Made by a program: the position numbers and the translations under genes
The notes under the pieces: generated by a model
Databases searched by the model: none
What the model was told of the DNA's origin: nothing
Seen by the model: the letters and a program-made list of their open reading frames with translations, nothing else
NCBI GenBank assembly: GCA_902475535.1
Contig: CABRZR010000001.1
Coordinates: forward strand, 92,677-156,676
Direction: 5' to 3'
Origin: an uncultured Coriobacteriia bacterium
Lineage (GTDB): Bacteria; Actinomycetota; Coriobacteriia; Coriobacteriales; QAMH01
DNA: 64,000 nt
Shown: positions 26,283 through 33,976 of the stretch, piece by piece
How the letters are laid out: each line of letters begins with the position of its first letter
How positions within the stretch are numbered: position 1 is the first letter of the stretch

Positions 26283-26330
26283 TTGCGCAAGTATTATATT
26301 TCGCCGGAGCTGGCTTTTGTTGTGCAACAA
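26283..26330. promoter_or_regulatory. TTGCGCAA box plus TTTGTTGTGCAACAA palindrome (candidate operator, site 4)
   Basis: Read on the minus strand, TTGTTGCACAACAAA is followed by 18 nt, then ATATAATAC, then TTGCGCAA. This ends 44 bp upstream of the ATG at 26239 and has the same architecture as site 3. Confidence 0.45.
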
Positions 26331-26351
26331 GATGCTGCTCGGTCATATGGC

Positions 26352-26388
26352 GGAATGGGACAAATGGACAGGTCATTTGTCCCATTCC
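26352..26388. repeat. Family-D palindrome
   Basis: GGAATGGGACAAATG-GACAGGT-CATTTGTCCCATTCC has 15-bp perfect arms. Relatives lie at 57497-57525 and 31885-31913. Confidence 0.85.
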
Positions 26389-26411
26389 GCAAAAAAATCC
26401 AGAATTATGCA

Positions 26412-26460
26412 TTGACAAAAAGTTAGTCGAGTCTAATATGTAGTTAACATTAGCTAACTA
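26412..26460 (+). promoter_or_regulatory. feoA promoter with candidate DtxR/IdeR-type operator(s)
   Basis: TTGACA, a 16-nt spacer, then TAATAT. TTAGTCGAGTCTAA lies in the spacer. TAGTTAACATTAGCTAACTA (26441-26460) lies just downstream and has TTAGC/GCTAA half-sites like the IdeR consensus TTAGGTTAGGCTAACCTAA. Confidence 0.55.
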
Positions 26461-26471
26461 CGGAGGTCATC

Positions 26472-26696
26472 ATGACGTTATCGGATATCAAGCCGGGAAT
26501 GAGCTGCACAGTCGTACGCTTGCGTGACCAGGGTGCCACGCGCCGCCGCATCATGGATATGGGCATTACCAAAGGCGCGCAAATCAGGGTGGATAAGGTT
26601 GCTCCGCTGGGTGATCCCGTCGATCTGACCGTGCGCGGCTATCACCTTTCGCTGCGCAAGGAGGACCTCAACAAGATCGAGGTCGAGACGGCATAA
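26472..26696 (+). CDS. feoA: Ferrous iron transport protein A
   Basis: 74 aa. MTLSDIKPGMSCTVVRLRDQGATRRRIMDMGITKGAQIRVDKVAPLGDPVDLTVRGYHLSLRKED is a typical FeoA SH3-like domain. Confidence 0.9.
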   Translation: MTLSDIKPGMSCTVVRLRDQGATRRRIMDMGITKGAQIRVDKVAPLGDPVDLTVRGYHLSLRKEDLNKIEVETA

Positions 26697-26712
26697 CCAC
26701 ACGACACAATGA

Positions 26713-26747
26713 TGGGCTGGCTACCCCCTAAGCCAGCCCATCTTTTT
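26713..26747 (+). terminator. Terminator or attenuator hairpin between feoA and feoB
   Basis: TGGGCTGGCT-ACCCCCTAA-GCCAGCCCA followed by TCTTTTT. Confidence 0.7.
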
Positions 26748-26754
26748 GCACTGC

Positions 26755-26772
26755 TGTTAGCATATGCTAACA
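26755..26772. promoter_or_regulatory. Perfect 18-bp palindrome TGTTAGCATATGCTAACA (candidate DtxR-family operator upstream of feoB)
   Basis: Perfect dyad containing TTAGC/GCTAA half-sites. A near copy, TGTTAGCATACCCTAACA, lies at 31790-31807. Confidence 0.6.
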
Positions 26773-26781
26773 AATGAAACA

Positions 26782-26865
26782 GAGACAGCGTGCCCGGCAC
26801 CGTGTCTCAAAACGAAGTCAAAACAGAAGAAATGCCGATGATTTGAGACACGGTGCCAGGCACGG
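26782..26865. repeat. Inverted pair of family-A palindromes (second copy truncated)
   Basis: GAGACAGCGTGCCCGGCACCGTGTCTCA (26782-26809), a 34-bp spacer, then TGAGACACGGTGCCAGGCACGG (26844-26865). The second copy is the reverse complement of the first. Confidence 0.85.
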
Positions 26866-26884
26866 AAAGGAAGAAAGGCACGAC

Positions 26885-29575
26885 ATGGAAACAACCATTG
26901 CGTTGGTGGGCAACCCCAACTCAGGCAAGACGACGCTGTTCAACCAGCTCACCGGCAATCACCAATACGTGGGCAACTGGCCTGGCGTGACGGTGGAGCG
27001 CAAGACCGGCCACCTCAAGAACGACAGGAACGTTCAGTTCGTCGACTTGCCGGGAATCTACTCGTTGTCCCCGTATTCGAGCGAGGAGGTCATCTCCCGC
27101 AACTACTTGATCGACGGTCATCCCGACGTCATCGTCAATATCGTCGATGCCTCGAACCTCGAGCGCAACCTTTACCTGACCACCCAGCTCATGGAGTTCG
27201 ACGTGCCCGTGGTGGTTGCGCTCAACCAAATGGATATCGTCAAGAAGCGCGGCTATACCATCAAATCCAAAGAGCTTTCCGAGCAACTCCAGGTACCGGT
27301 CGTCGAGATTTCGGCGCTCAAGGGCGACGGCCTCGAGGATCTGGTTGCCACCACCATGAAGGCGGCTCGCGAGGGCATCGTCCCGCAACCGGTCCGCTTC
27401 ACCCCCGAGCTCGAAGCCGCCCTCACCAAGATCGAGGACAAGCTCCCCAGCGTCATCCCCGACAACATGCGTCGCTACTATGCCATCAAGCTCTTTGAAC
27501 GTGACAAGGAGGCTATCGAGGAGCTCGGTGCCAAGGTCAACTGCGACGAAGTCATCTTCGAGGCCGAGAGCCTCTTCAACGACTCGTCGGATGCCATCAT
27601 CACCAACGAGCGCTATCGCTATATCGAGGGCTTCATCAAGCGCGTCCACAAGCGCGCCATCACAGGTGCGACTATTTCCGAGAAGGTCGACAGCGTGCTT
27701 ACCAACCGCATCCTCGCGCTGCCCATCTTCGTCGTGGTCATCACGCTCATCTACTACATCTCCATCAGCACCGTCGGCACCTATGCGACTGACTGGGCCA
27801 ACGACGGCGTCTTCGGCGACGGCTGGTACCTCGACCCCGTGGCCATCGTGTCAACCGAGGGTACGGCGCAGTCTGCCCTCGATGCCGCGACCGAGCCCTA
27901 CGACGAGGCGCAAACCGCCATCAGCGAGTACCTGACGCAAGCCGGCGAGGCGGGCGTCAACACCGATGCGATAGCGGCGTTCATCGGCGAGGAAGCCGAT
28001 GAGGAAGCCGACTTCGAGTCCCCCGAGTTCCAGGCGGCACTCGCCGCGTTCGAACAAGATGTCGCCAGCTCCGGCTTCGTGGCCGAGTACACCACCGTCG
28101 ACGAGGAATCCGCCATGGAGACCGACTACTTCGTGTACTATGGCGAAGCGGGCGAGGAACAGGCGCTGGCCCTTGCCGATGCCCGTAACGAGCAAATCGC
28201 TACCGAGGGTCGCGAGGGATCGGCTGAGGCCGTCGTCTACAGTTTCGATGGCGAAGCCACCGATGAGGAAACCGGCGAGGTCATCACCCAGGGTGTCGGC
28301 GTGCCCGCGCCCGAGGATCCCAGCGCCTACGGCATCTGGATTCCCGGCATCCCCGTGCTCATCGGCACCGCGCTCGAGGCCGTCGGCTGCGTCGGCTGGC
28401 TCTACGACCTCATCATGGACGGCATCGTCGCTGGCGTCGGCGCCGTGCTCGGTTTCGTGCCGCAGATCATGATCCTGTTCTTCCTGCTGGCGATTCTCGA
28501 GGCCTGCGGCTACATGGCCCGCGTCACCTTCATCCTCGACCGCCTCTTCCGCCGCTTCGGCCTGTCGGGCAAGACCTTCGTGCCCATGATCGTCGGCACC
28601 GGTTGCGGCGTGCCGGGCATCATGGCCTCGCGCACCATCGAGTCCGAAAGCGCCCGTCGCCTCACGGTCATGACCACGACCTTCATGCCCTGCTCGGCAA
28701 AGCTGCCGATCATCGCCCTCATCGCTACGGCCATCTTCGGTGGCGTGTGGTGGGTCGCTCCGCTGGCGTACTTCATGGGCATCGCCGCCATCATCGTCTC
28801 GGGCATTATCCTGCGTAAGACCAGGCCGTTCATGGGCAAGGTCACGCCCTACGTCATGGAGCTGCCCGAATATCGCCTGCCGCGCTTTGTCGACCTGCTG
28901 CGCAGCATGTGGGATCGCGCCTGGGCCTTCATCAAGAAGGCGGGCACCATCATCCTGCTCGCCACGATCGTGGTCTGGTTCCTGTCGGGTTACGGCATCT
29001 ACGAGGGCCAGTTCATGTGGGTCGGCGAGGATCTGATGGACTACTCGTTCCTCGCGTACTTCGGCAATGCCTTCGCGTGGATCTTCGCGCCGCTCGGCTT
29101 CAACAACTGGGAGTGTGCGTCCACCGTTATCACCGGCCTCATCGCAAAGGAGAACGTCATCTCGACCATGGCCGTGGTGTACGGCAGCGATCCCAACGTC
29201 GCGTGGACCAGCGCCTACATGGCGTCGCTCGCGGCAACGACTGGCTCCGTCCTGCTCGTGCCTGTCGCGGCCTTCGCCTTCATGACCTTCCAGCTGCTCT
29301 GCGCGCCGTGCTTCGCGGCCATGGGTGCCATCAAGCGTGAGATGGGTGGCTTCAACAAGTGGTTCTGGGCCGCCATCGGCTGGGAGTGCGGATTCGCCTA
29401 CGTGATTTCGCTGATCATCTTCCAGATTGGCGCCTGGGCCGTGACCGGTATCTTCAGCCTCGGCACCATCGTCGCCATCGCGCTCATCGCGGCGTTGCTC
29501 TGGGCGCTCTTTCGTCCGGCCAGCAAGCCCATGGCACCTGCGCAGGTGGACACGGCCGTAAAGGCAGCCGCATAG
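26885..29575 (+). CDS. feoB: Ferrous iron transporter FeoB with an enlarged acidic extracytoplasmic loop
   Basis: The G domain starts METTIALVGNPNSGKTTLFNQLTG. Gate motifs (GFVPQIMILFFLLAILEACGYM, MIVGTGCGVPGIMASR) and a polytopic C-terminus are present. The ATG at 26885 follows GGAAAGGAAG. Confidence 0.92.
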   Translation: METTIALVGNPNSGKTTLFNQLTGNHQYVGNWPGVTVERKTGHLKNDRNVQFVDLPGIYSLSPYSSEEVISRNYLIDGHPDVIVNIVDASNLERNLYLTTQLMEFDVPVVVALNQMDIVKKRGYTIKSKELSEQLQVPVVEISALKGDGLEDLVATTMKAAREGIVPQPVRFTPELEAALTKIEDKLPSVIPDNMRRYYAIKLFERDKEAIEELGAKVNCDEVIFEAESLFNDSSDAIITNERYRYIEGFIKRVHKRAITGATISEKVDSVLTNRILALPIFVVVITLIYYISISTVGTYATDWANDGVFGDGWYLDPVAIVSTEGTAQSALDAATEPYDEAQTAISEYLTQAGEAGVNTDAIAAFIGEEADEEADFESPEFQAALAAFEQDVASSGFVAEYTTVDEESAMETDYFVYYGEAGEEQALALADARNEQIATEGREGSAEAVVYSFDGEATDEETGEVITQGVGVPAPEDPSAYGIWIPGIPVLIGTALEAVGCVGWLYDLIMDGIVAGVGAVLGFVPQIMILFFLLAILEACGYMARVTFILDRLFRRFGLSGKTFVPMIVGTGCGVPGIMASRTIESESARRLTVMTTTFMPCSAKLPIIALIATAIFGGVWWVAPLAYFMGIAAIIVSGIILRKTRPFMGKVTPYVMELPEYRLPRFVDLLRSMWDRAWAFIKKAGTIILLATIVVWFLSGYGIYEGQFMWVGEDLMDYSFLAYFGNAFAWIFAPLGFNNWECASTVITGLIAKENVISTMAVVYGSDPNVAWTSAYMASLAATTGSVLLVPVAAFAFMTFQLLCAPCFAAMGAIKREMGGFNKWFWAAIGWECGFAYVISLIIFQIGAWAVTGIFSLGTIVAIALIAALLWALFRPASKPMAPAQVDTAVKAAA

Positions 29576-29796
29576 AACGACTAACTCCGGCTTCAGGACA
29601 AGCCTTCTTCATGAGCGGCTCCTCCACCCGCTCCAAAATGTCCTCCCTCTCTCCGGGAAGCGCCCCTCATGGGGCGTTTCCTGCGTTGGGGACCATCAAA
29701 CGCACGGTTAAAACAATTTGGTGCAGAATTCAACTTGTTAATATAGTTAAATTACATGTAAAATGCATGTATGAAGTATCGATAAAGGAGCAGTTC

Positions 29797-30153
29797 ATGC
29801 CTGCGTTACAAGTAAGAGATTTCCCCGATGCCCTTTACGAGGATCTGCGCGAGTATGCCGCGCGGCACCATCGCAGCATGGCCCAGCAAACGGTGGATGC
29901 CGTCGATTGCCTAGTCCATGGCACCGTGCCTGCGCAGACATACGGATGTGCAACTTCCACAGCGTTCGAATCCGCCTCTGCCCGGAAGTTGCGCATGGCC
30001 AAGCGCGAGGAGGTGTTCCATCGGGCAGCCGAACGCAAGGCGCAGCGGCAAGACGGTTTTCCCAATCCGGTGGAGATGCTTGCCCAGGCTAGAGACGAGC
30101 GCGACGAGCAGCTCGAGCGCGTCATGGCAGAAGTCATGGAGGACGCACGATGA
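29797..30153 (+). CDS. Ribbon-helix-helix antitoxin (FitA/VapB-like)
   Basis: MPALQVRDFPDALYEDLREYAARHHRSMAQQTVDAV matches the FitA/StbC-type N-terminus. It overlaps the PIN gene by 4 nt. The RBS is AAAGGAG. Confidence 0.7.
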   Translation: MPALQVRDFPDALYEDLREYAARHHRSMAQQTVDAVDCLVHGTVPAQTYGCATSTAFESASARKLRMAKREEVFHRAAERKAQRQDGFPNPVEMLAQARDERDEQLERVMAEVMEDAR

Positions 30154-30563
30154 TTGTCCTCGATACCAATGCCGCTGTTGCGATTGCCATGGGCACCGAC
30201 TTGGGCGACGCTCTTGTCATGTTGCGTAACCCCGACGAGCGTGTCATCGCGCCTTCGTTCATGCATGCCGAGGTAGTTCACGTGATGAGCAAGTACGTGC
30301 GCGGGGGATACCTCGAGGTTTCGCAGGCCGTGGACTGCGCACGCGACGCGCTGCTCCTCGTGGACGAGTTTCGCGATGATGCTTCGCTGTGGACGGAGGC
30401 CCTTACCGAGTCACTGCGGCTCGACCACTCTTCGTATGACCTATTCTATCTGGTGCTCGCTCGCCGAGAAGGGGCAACGTTGTTTACGCTAGATCGCAAA
30501 CTCCAGAAGCTCTGCAACAAAAACGGCGTCAATGCCATTTGGCTCGACTGCGATTTTGGGTGA
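30150..30563 (+). CDS. vapC: PIN-domain toxin (VapC family)
   Basis: MIVLDTNAAV... carries acidic PIN residues (D5, E in HAEVVHV, D in SSYDLFY, D in TLDRKL). Its ATGA start overlaps the antitoxin stop. Confidence 0.8.
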   Translation: MIVLDTNAAVAIAMGTDLGDALVMLRNPDERVIAPSFMHAEVVHVMSKYVRGGYLEVSQAVDCARDALLLVDEFRDDASLWTEALTESLRLDHSSYDLFYLVLARREGATLFTLDRKLQKLCNKNGVNAIWLDCDFG

Positions 30564-30638
30564 GGAATCTCTAGTTCAGCTGTCGCAAAGTTTGCGACAG
30601 CTCACCCAGACAAACCATCCCGGCGACTTGTGTCAGGC

Positions 30639-31058
30639 CTACAACCGCGTACTCGTGGGCGTCTCAGAGACGGGACCGAAGTTCTCCTCGTACCAGGCGA
30701 TCCACTTATCCATCGTGTCTTCGCTGACGGCGTGCTCCATCATGCATGCCTCGCGGTTAGCCGCCTCCTCGTCCACGCCAAGCGCGTCGATGAGGAAGGC
30801 ACGCAGCACGCGATGGCGCGTGAGGATATGCTCGCCATATTCCTTGCCAGTCTGGGTGAGGGTGATTTCGCCATAGCGCTCCTGCTCGATGTAGCCCATC
30901 TCACGCAGGTTCTTTGTTGCACGTGCAACACTGGCCTTGGAAAAGCCAAGCGCATCCGCGACGTCGGTGGAGCGCACCGAGCCACTCCCATGCAGGGCAA
31001 GGTCGTAGATTGCCTCGATGTAATCCTCATATGAGGGGGTAAGATCGCCTATGGCCAC
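30639..31058 (-). CDS. DtxR/MntR-family metal-dependent transcriptional regulator
   Basis: SYEDYIEAIYDL...VRSTDVADALGFSKASVARATKNLREMGYIEQERYGEITLTQTGKEYGEHILTRHRVLRAFL is a typical DtxR N-terminal HTH plus dimerisation domain. At 139 aa it has no SH3-like domain. Confidence 0.9.
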   Translation of the reverse strand: MAIGDLTPSYEDYIEAIYDLALHGSGSVRSTDVADALGFSKASVARATKNLREMGYIEQERYGEITLTQTGKEYGEHILTRHRVLRAFLIDALGVDEEAANREACMMEHAVSEDTMDKWIAWYEENFGPVSETPTSTRL

Positions 31059-31270
31059 GATGAGCTCCGCTCGCCTCGAGAGTCGATGATAGACACATTA
31101 TACTACGGATGGATAATCTCGTCGTGTTCTTTATCTGGATTTATGGATAATGCCACAATCCGCAAAAAGCCAGCGAAAAAAGTTTGATATTATTCTTTAC
31201 AAAGAATAAAAAGAAGCTATACTACTATTCCAGATGGAGAACAATTACTCTTCTTCTTCCTCTCTCTCGT

Positions 31271-31490
31271 GCGAATGCGGCCGAACTTCTCCGGTCGCAT
31301 TCGCATATATGCAGGGTGTTATGCGGCGCGCGTGCAAAAACCGCGAATGTCTAGGACCGTCCGGCCTTATGCACGCAAAAGTGGCGAATGTCTAGTCTCT
31401 GTGGTTCTCAAATCCTAGACATTCGGCATTTTCCTGCACATCACGCTAGTGTTATGCATCGGTACCCTAGATTTGCGCTGTTTTTGCGCG
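31271..31490. repeat. Cluster of hairpins and inverted repeats (CGAATGTCTAG motif three times) in a 460-bp non-coding gap
   Basis: A hairpin TGCGAATGCGGCCG...CGGTCGCATTCGCA lies at 31271-31306. CGAATGTCTAG occurs at about 31337 and 31386, and its inverse CTAGACATTCG at about 31417. The outer imperfect inverted repeat is GTTATGCGGCGCGCGTGCAAAAACCGCG / GCGCTGTTTTTGCGCGC. Confidence 0.6.
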
Positions 31491-31518
31491 CACAGTTCGA
31501 GTTTTTCGCCAGCTAGTC

Positions 31519-31782
31519 CTAGGGTTCCGGATTTTCGCGAATAATCGGTGTCGGGACATCATGCCGGCCAGCTGCGCTTGCACAGCCCGCGCAGCTACCT
31601 TTGCTGCAACCCATGCAAGCACTCGGAAGTTTGAGGTCTTCGTCACTTGGCAGATTGGCATCGTGGTGCGCGTCGTGACACGAGCGCCCCTTTTTGCCAA
31701 AGCCACCGAAGAAGGCGACCTTGATGGCGATGCCAATCCATACGACAACGATGGCAAGTATGATCCAACTCGCAATATTCAT
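31519..31782 (-). CDS. FeoB-associated Cys-rich small membrane protein-like
   Basis: MNIASWIILAIVVVWIGIAIKVAFF (TM helix) is followed by a Cys cluster, CMGCSKGSCAGCAS. This pattern fits the FeoB-associated Cys-rich (P12) family. The ATG is at 31782. Confidence 0.55.
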   Translation of the reverse strand: MNIASWIILAIVVVWIGIAIKVAFFGGFGKKGRSCHDAHHDANLPSDEDLKLPSACMGCSKGSCAGCASAAGRHDVPTPIIRENPEP

Positions 31783-31789
31783 ACCCAAA

Positions 31790-31807
31790 TGTTAGCATAC
31801 CCTAACA
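31790..31807. promoter_or_regulatory. TGTTAGCATACCCTAACA (candidate DtxR-family operator)
   Basis: It matches the perfect palindrome at 26755-26772 at 16 of 18 positions and lies 8 nt upstream of the Cys-rich membrane protein start. Confidence 0.5.
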
Positions 31808-31808
31808 A

Positions 31809-31913
31809 ATGAGGCAAACGCCGCCGGGGCAATTTTGTCTTGTTTGCTGCGGGTGCCATCACCTGCGAGATACGTAAACCTCAGTGGGACAAAAGGCCCG
31901 TTCATTTGTCTCG
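31809..31913. repeat. Family-C-like and family-D-like palindromes upstream of ahcY
   Basis: TGAGGCAAACGCCGCCGGGGCAATTTTGTCTTG (31809-31843) and TGGGACAAAAGGCCCGTTCATTTGTCTCGG (31885-31913). Confidence 0.75.
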
Positions 31914-31980
31914 GCCCGACTGCTTGTTTCATCCGCCCGTGATAGTATGTGCAGCGTGTCATTTCATCGAGGAGGAACCC

Positions 31981-33240
31981 ATGAGCTACGACATCACCGA
32001 CATCAACCTTGCCGACGAGGGCCGCGCGCGCATCCTGTGGGCCGACCGCGACATGCCCGTGCTTGCCAAGATTCGCGAGCGTTTTGCCAAGGAGCGCCCC
32101 TTCGAGGGAATCCGCGTCGGTGCGTGTCTGCACGTGACGACCGAGACTGCCAACCTCGTACGTACGATGATCGAGGGCGGTGCCCAGGTCGCCCTGTGCG
32201 CGAGCAACCCGCTCTCCACCCAGGACGATACGGCTGCTGCGCTCGTCAAGTACTACGGCGCCGAGGTTTTTGCCCGCTGTGGCGAGGATACCGAAACCTA
32301 CTACAAGCACCTCGACGCGGTCATCGACACCAAGCCGCAGATCACGATGGACGACGGCGCCGACCTCTGCGACCGCATCCACGGCGATCGCCAGGACGCT
32401 CTCGAGTATGTCATCGGCGGCACCGAGGAGACCACGACCGGCGTCATTCGTCTTGCGGCCATGGCTGCCGCCGGTGCGCTCAAGTACCCCTCGTTCAACG
32501 TCAATGATGCCAACACCAAGCACTTCTTCGACAACCGCTATGGCACGGGCCAGTCCACGCTTGATGGCATCGTGCGTGCGACCAATCGCCTGCTTGCGGG
32601 CCGCACCCTCGTGGTGAGCGGTTACGGCTTTTGCGGTCGTGGCCTGGCACAGCGTGCCGCCGGCATGGGCATGAGCGTCATCATCTGCGAAGTCGATCCG
32701 CTCAAGGCGCTCGAGGCGCACATGGAGGGCTACCGTGTGATGCCGTGCGCCGAGGCCGCCAAGTACGCCGACGTATGGGTCACCGTCACGGGCGACCTCA
32801 ACGTCATCGATGCGCCGGCGTTCGAGAACATGAAGGACGGCGCCATCATCTGCAACTCTGGTCACTTCAATAGCGAGATCAACATCCCGTGGCTCGAGGA
32901 GCATGCGGTGTCGAAGGAGACCCTCAAGCCGTTGGTCGACGAGTACACGTTGCCTGACGGCCGTACCATCATCCTGCTCGCCGACGGACGCCTCGTGAAC
33001 CTGTCGGCGGCCGAGGGGCATCCCGCCGAGGTCATGGACATGAGCTTCGCCAACCAGGTGCTCGCCGCCGAATACGTGCTCAAGCATCGCGACGAGCTAT
33101 TGCCCCAGTGCTACAACATCCCGGCCGAGATCGATGACGAGATCGCTCGCGTCAAGCTCGGCACGCTCGGCATCGAGATTGACACGCTCACGCCCGAGCA
33201 GGAGGCCTACCTCAATTCCTGGACGCTGGGAACGGTGTAG
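31981..33240 (+). CDS. ahcY: Adenosylhomocysteinase
   Basis: [35 protein letters not shown]...[13 protein letters not shown]...SNPLSTQDD... is a textbook SAH hydrolase. The RBS is GAGGAGGAA. The ORF part upstream of 31981 is repeat sequence. Confidence 0.95.
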   Translation: MSYDITDINLADEGRARILWADRDMPVLAKIRERFAKERPFEGIRVGACLHVTTETANLVRTMIEGGAQVALCASNPLSTQDDTAAALVKYYGAEVFARCGEDTETYYKHLDAVIDTKPQITMDDGADLCDRIHGDRQDALEYVIGGTEETTTGVIRLAAMAAAGALKYPSFNVNDANTKHFFDNRYGTGQSTLDGIVRATNRLLAGRTLVVSGYGFCGRGLAQRAAGMGMSVIICEVDPLKALEAHMEGYRVMPCAEAAKYADVWVTVTGDLNVIDAPAFENMKDGAIICNSGHFNSEINIPWLEEHAVSKETLKPLVDEYTLPDGRTIILLADGRLVNLSAAEGHPAEVMDMSFANQVLAAEYVLKHRDELLPQCYNIPAEIDDEIARVKLGTLGIEIDTLTPEQEAYLNSWTLGTV

Positions 33241-33245
33241 CAAAA

Positions 33246-33274
33246 TGAGACAGTTGCTCAGAGCAACTGTCTCA
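33246..33274. repeat. Family-B palindrome between the convergent ahcY and hypB genes
   Basis: TGAGACAGTTGCTC-A-GAGCAACTGTCTCA. Its right-hand TCA is the hypB stop codon on the minus strand. Confidence 0.9.
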
Positions 33275-33922
33275 TTTTTCGATTTGCTCGGAGAGCCAGC
33301 CAGCCCACTCGTCAACGCCGTCGCCCTTGGTTGCGGCGATGGCGAAACTCGGTGCCGTGGGATTGAGACGCGCGATGTGTTCGTCGAAGAGCGTCTTGTC
33401 AAAGGTGAAAGCTGGCATCACGTCAATCTTGTTGAGGATGATGGCGTCTGCCACTTGGAACATTCCCGGGTATTTGAGCGGCTTGTCGTCACCTTCGGGC
33501 ACGGAGAGAATCATCATCTTGATGTCCTCGCCTAGGTAGAAATCCGCAGGACACACGAGATTGCCGACGTTCTCGATGAAGATAAGGTCGATGTTGTCGA
33601 GGTCGAGCACATCGAGTGCGCGGCGCAGCATGTCGCTTTCCAGGTGACAGGCGCCAGCCGTGTTGATCTGCACGGCGGGGATTCCCATGGCCTTGATGGT
33701 CTGCGAGTCGACGTCGCTCGCGATATCGCCCTCGATGACGGCGATGTTGTACTTGTCGCGCAGCGCGTTGATGGTTGCCACGATGGTCGACGTCTTGCCC
33801 GATCCGGGGCTTGCCAGCACGTTGACCATGTAGACGCCCTTTTCGTCGAGCAGGGCGCGGTTTGCCGCAGCTCCCTCGTCGTTCTTGTTCAGGATCTTCG
33901 TTTCCAGGTCGATGTGAGCCAT
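33272..33922 (-). CDS. hypB: Hydrogenase nickel-incorporation GTPase HypB
   Basis: P-loop region VLASPGSGKTSTIVATINAL, then AVIEGDIASDVD, CHLESDM and LIFIENVGNLVCPA. The start was chosen at MAHIDLE (33922). Confidence 0.9.
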   Translation of the reverse strand: MAHIDLETKILNKNDEGAAANRALLDEKGVYMVNVLASPGSGKTSTIVATINALRDKYNIAVIEGDIASDVDSQTIKAMGIPAVQINTAGACHLESDMLRRALDVLDLDNIDLIFIENVGNLVCPADFYLGEDIKMMILSVPEGDDKPLKYPGMFQVADAIILNKIDVMPAFTFDKTLFDEHIARLNPTAPSFAIAATKGDGVDEWAGWLSEQIEK

Positions 33923-33976
33923 GTCATCCTTCTCTCTCGACGTGTCGGGGGGTCTGACCCCGTGACACATTGGCCC

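Noticed and set aside
26774-26884. N-terminal extensions of tracked ORFs that read through repeats. Examples are feoB from 26774, the decarboxylase from 10414, ahcY from 31840, tatC up to 35487, tatA up to 35767, and hpf, serC and the SBP from far upstream.
   Set aside because: The extensions translate palindromic repeats or intergenic DNA (for example MKQRQRARHRVSKRSQ, MRQNPPGHFCLIF). In each case an internal ATG or GTG with a good RBS coincides with the start of family homology.
31808-31980. An SAH riboswitch upstream of ahcY.
   Set aside because: I could not find the conserved SAH-riboswitch core by eye. The leader is instead occupied by family-C and family-D palindromes. A covariance-model scan would be needed to exclude it formally.
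31792-33087. Long antisense or alternative-frame ORFs opposite well-supported genes. Examples are 31792-33087 against ahcY, 7881-8882 against nhaC, 9485-10324 and 10264-11697 against the dltA-like and decarboxylase genes, and 47620-48654 against degV. Others are 50676-51782 against rlmL, 53857-54864 against serC, 57552-58043 and 58293-59060 against ilvB, and 61523-63226 against the molybdoenzyme.
   Set aside because: The opposite strand or frame carries clear family signatures in every case. These ORFs have biased low-complexity composition and no plausible RBS or motif, so they are GC-driven artefacts.
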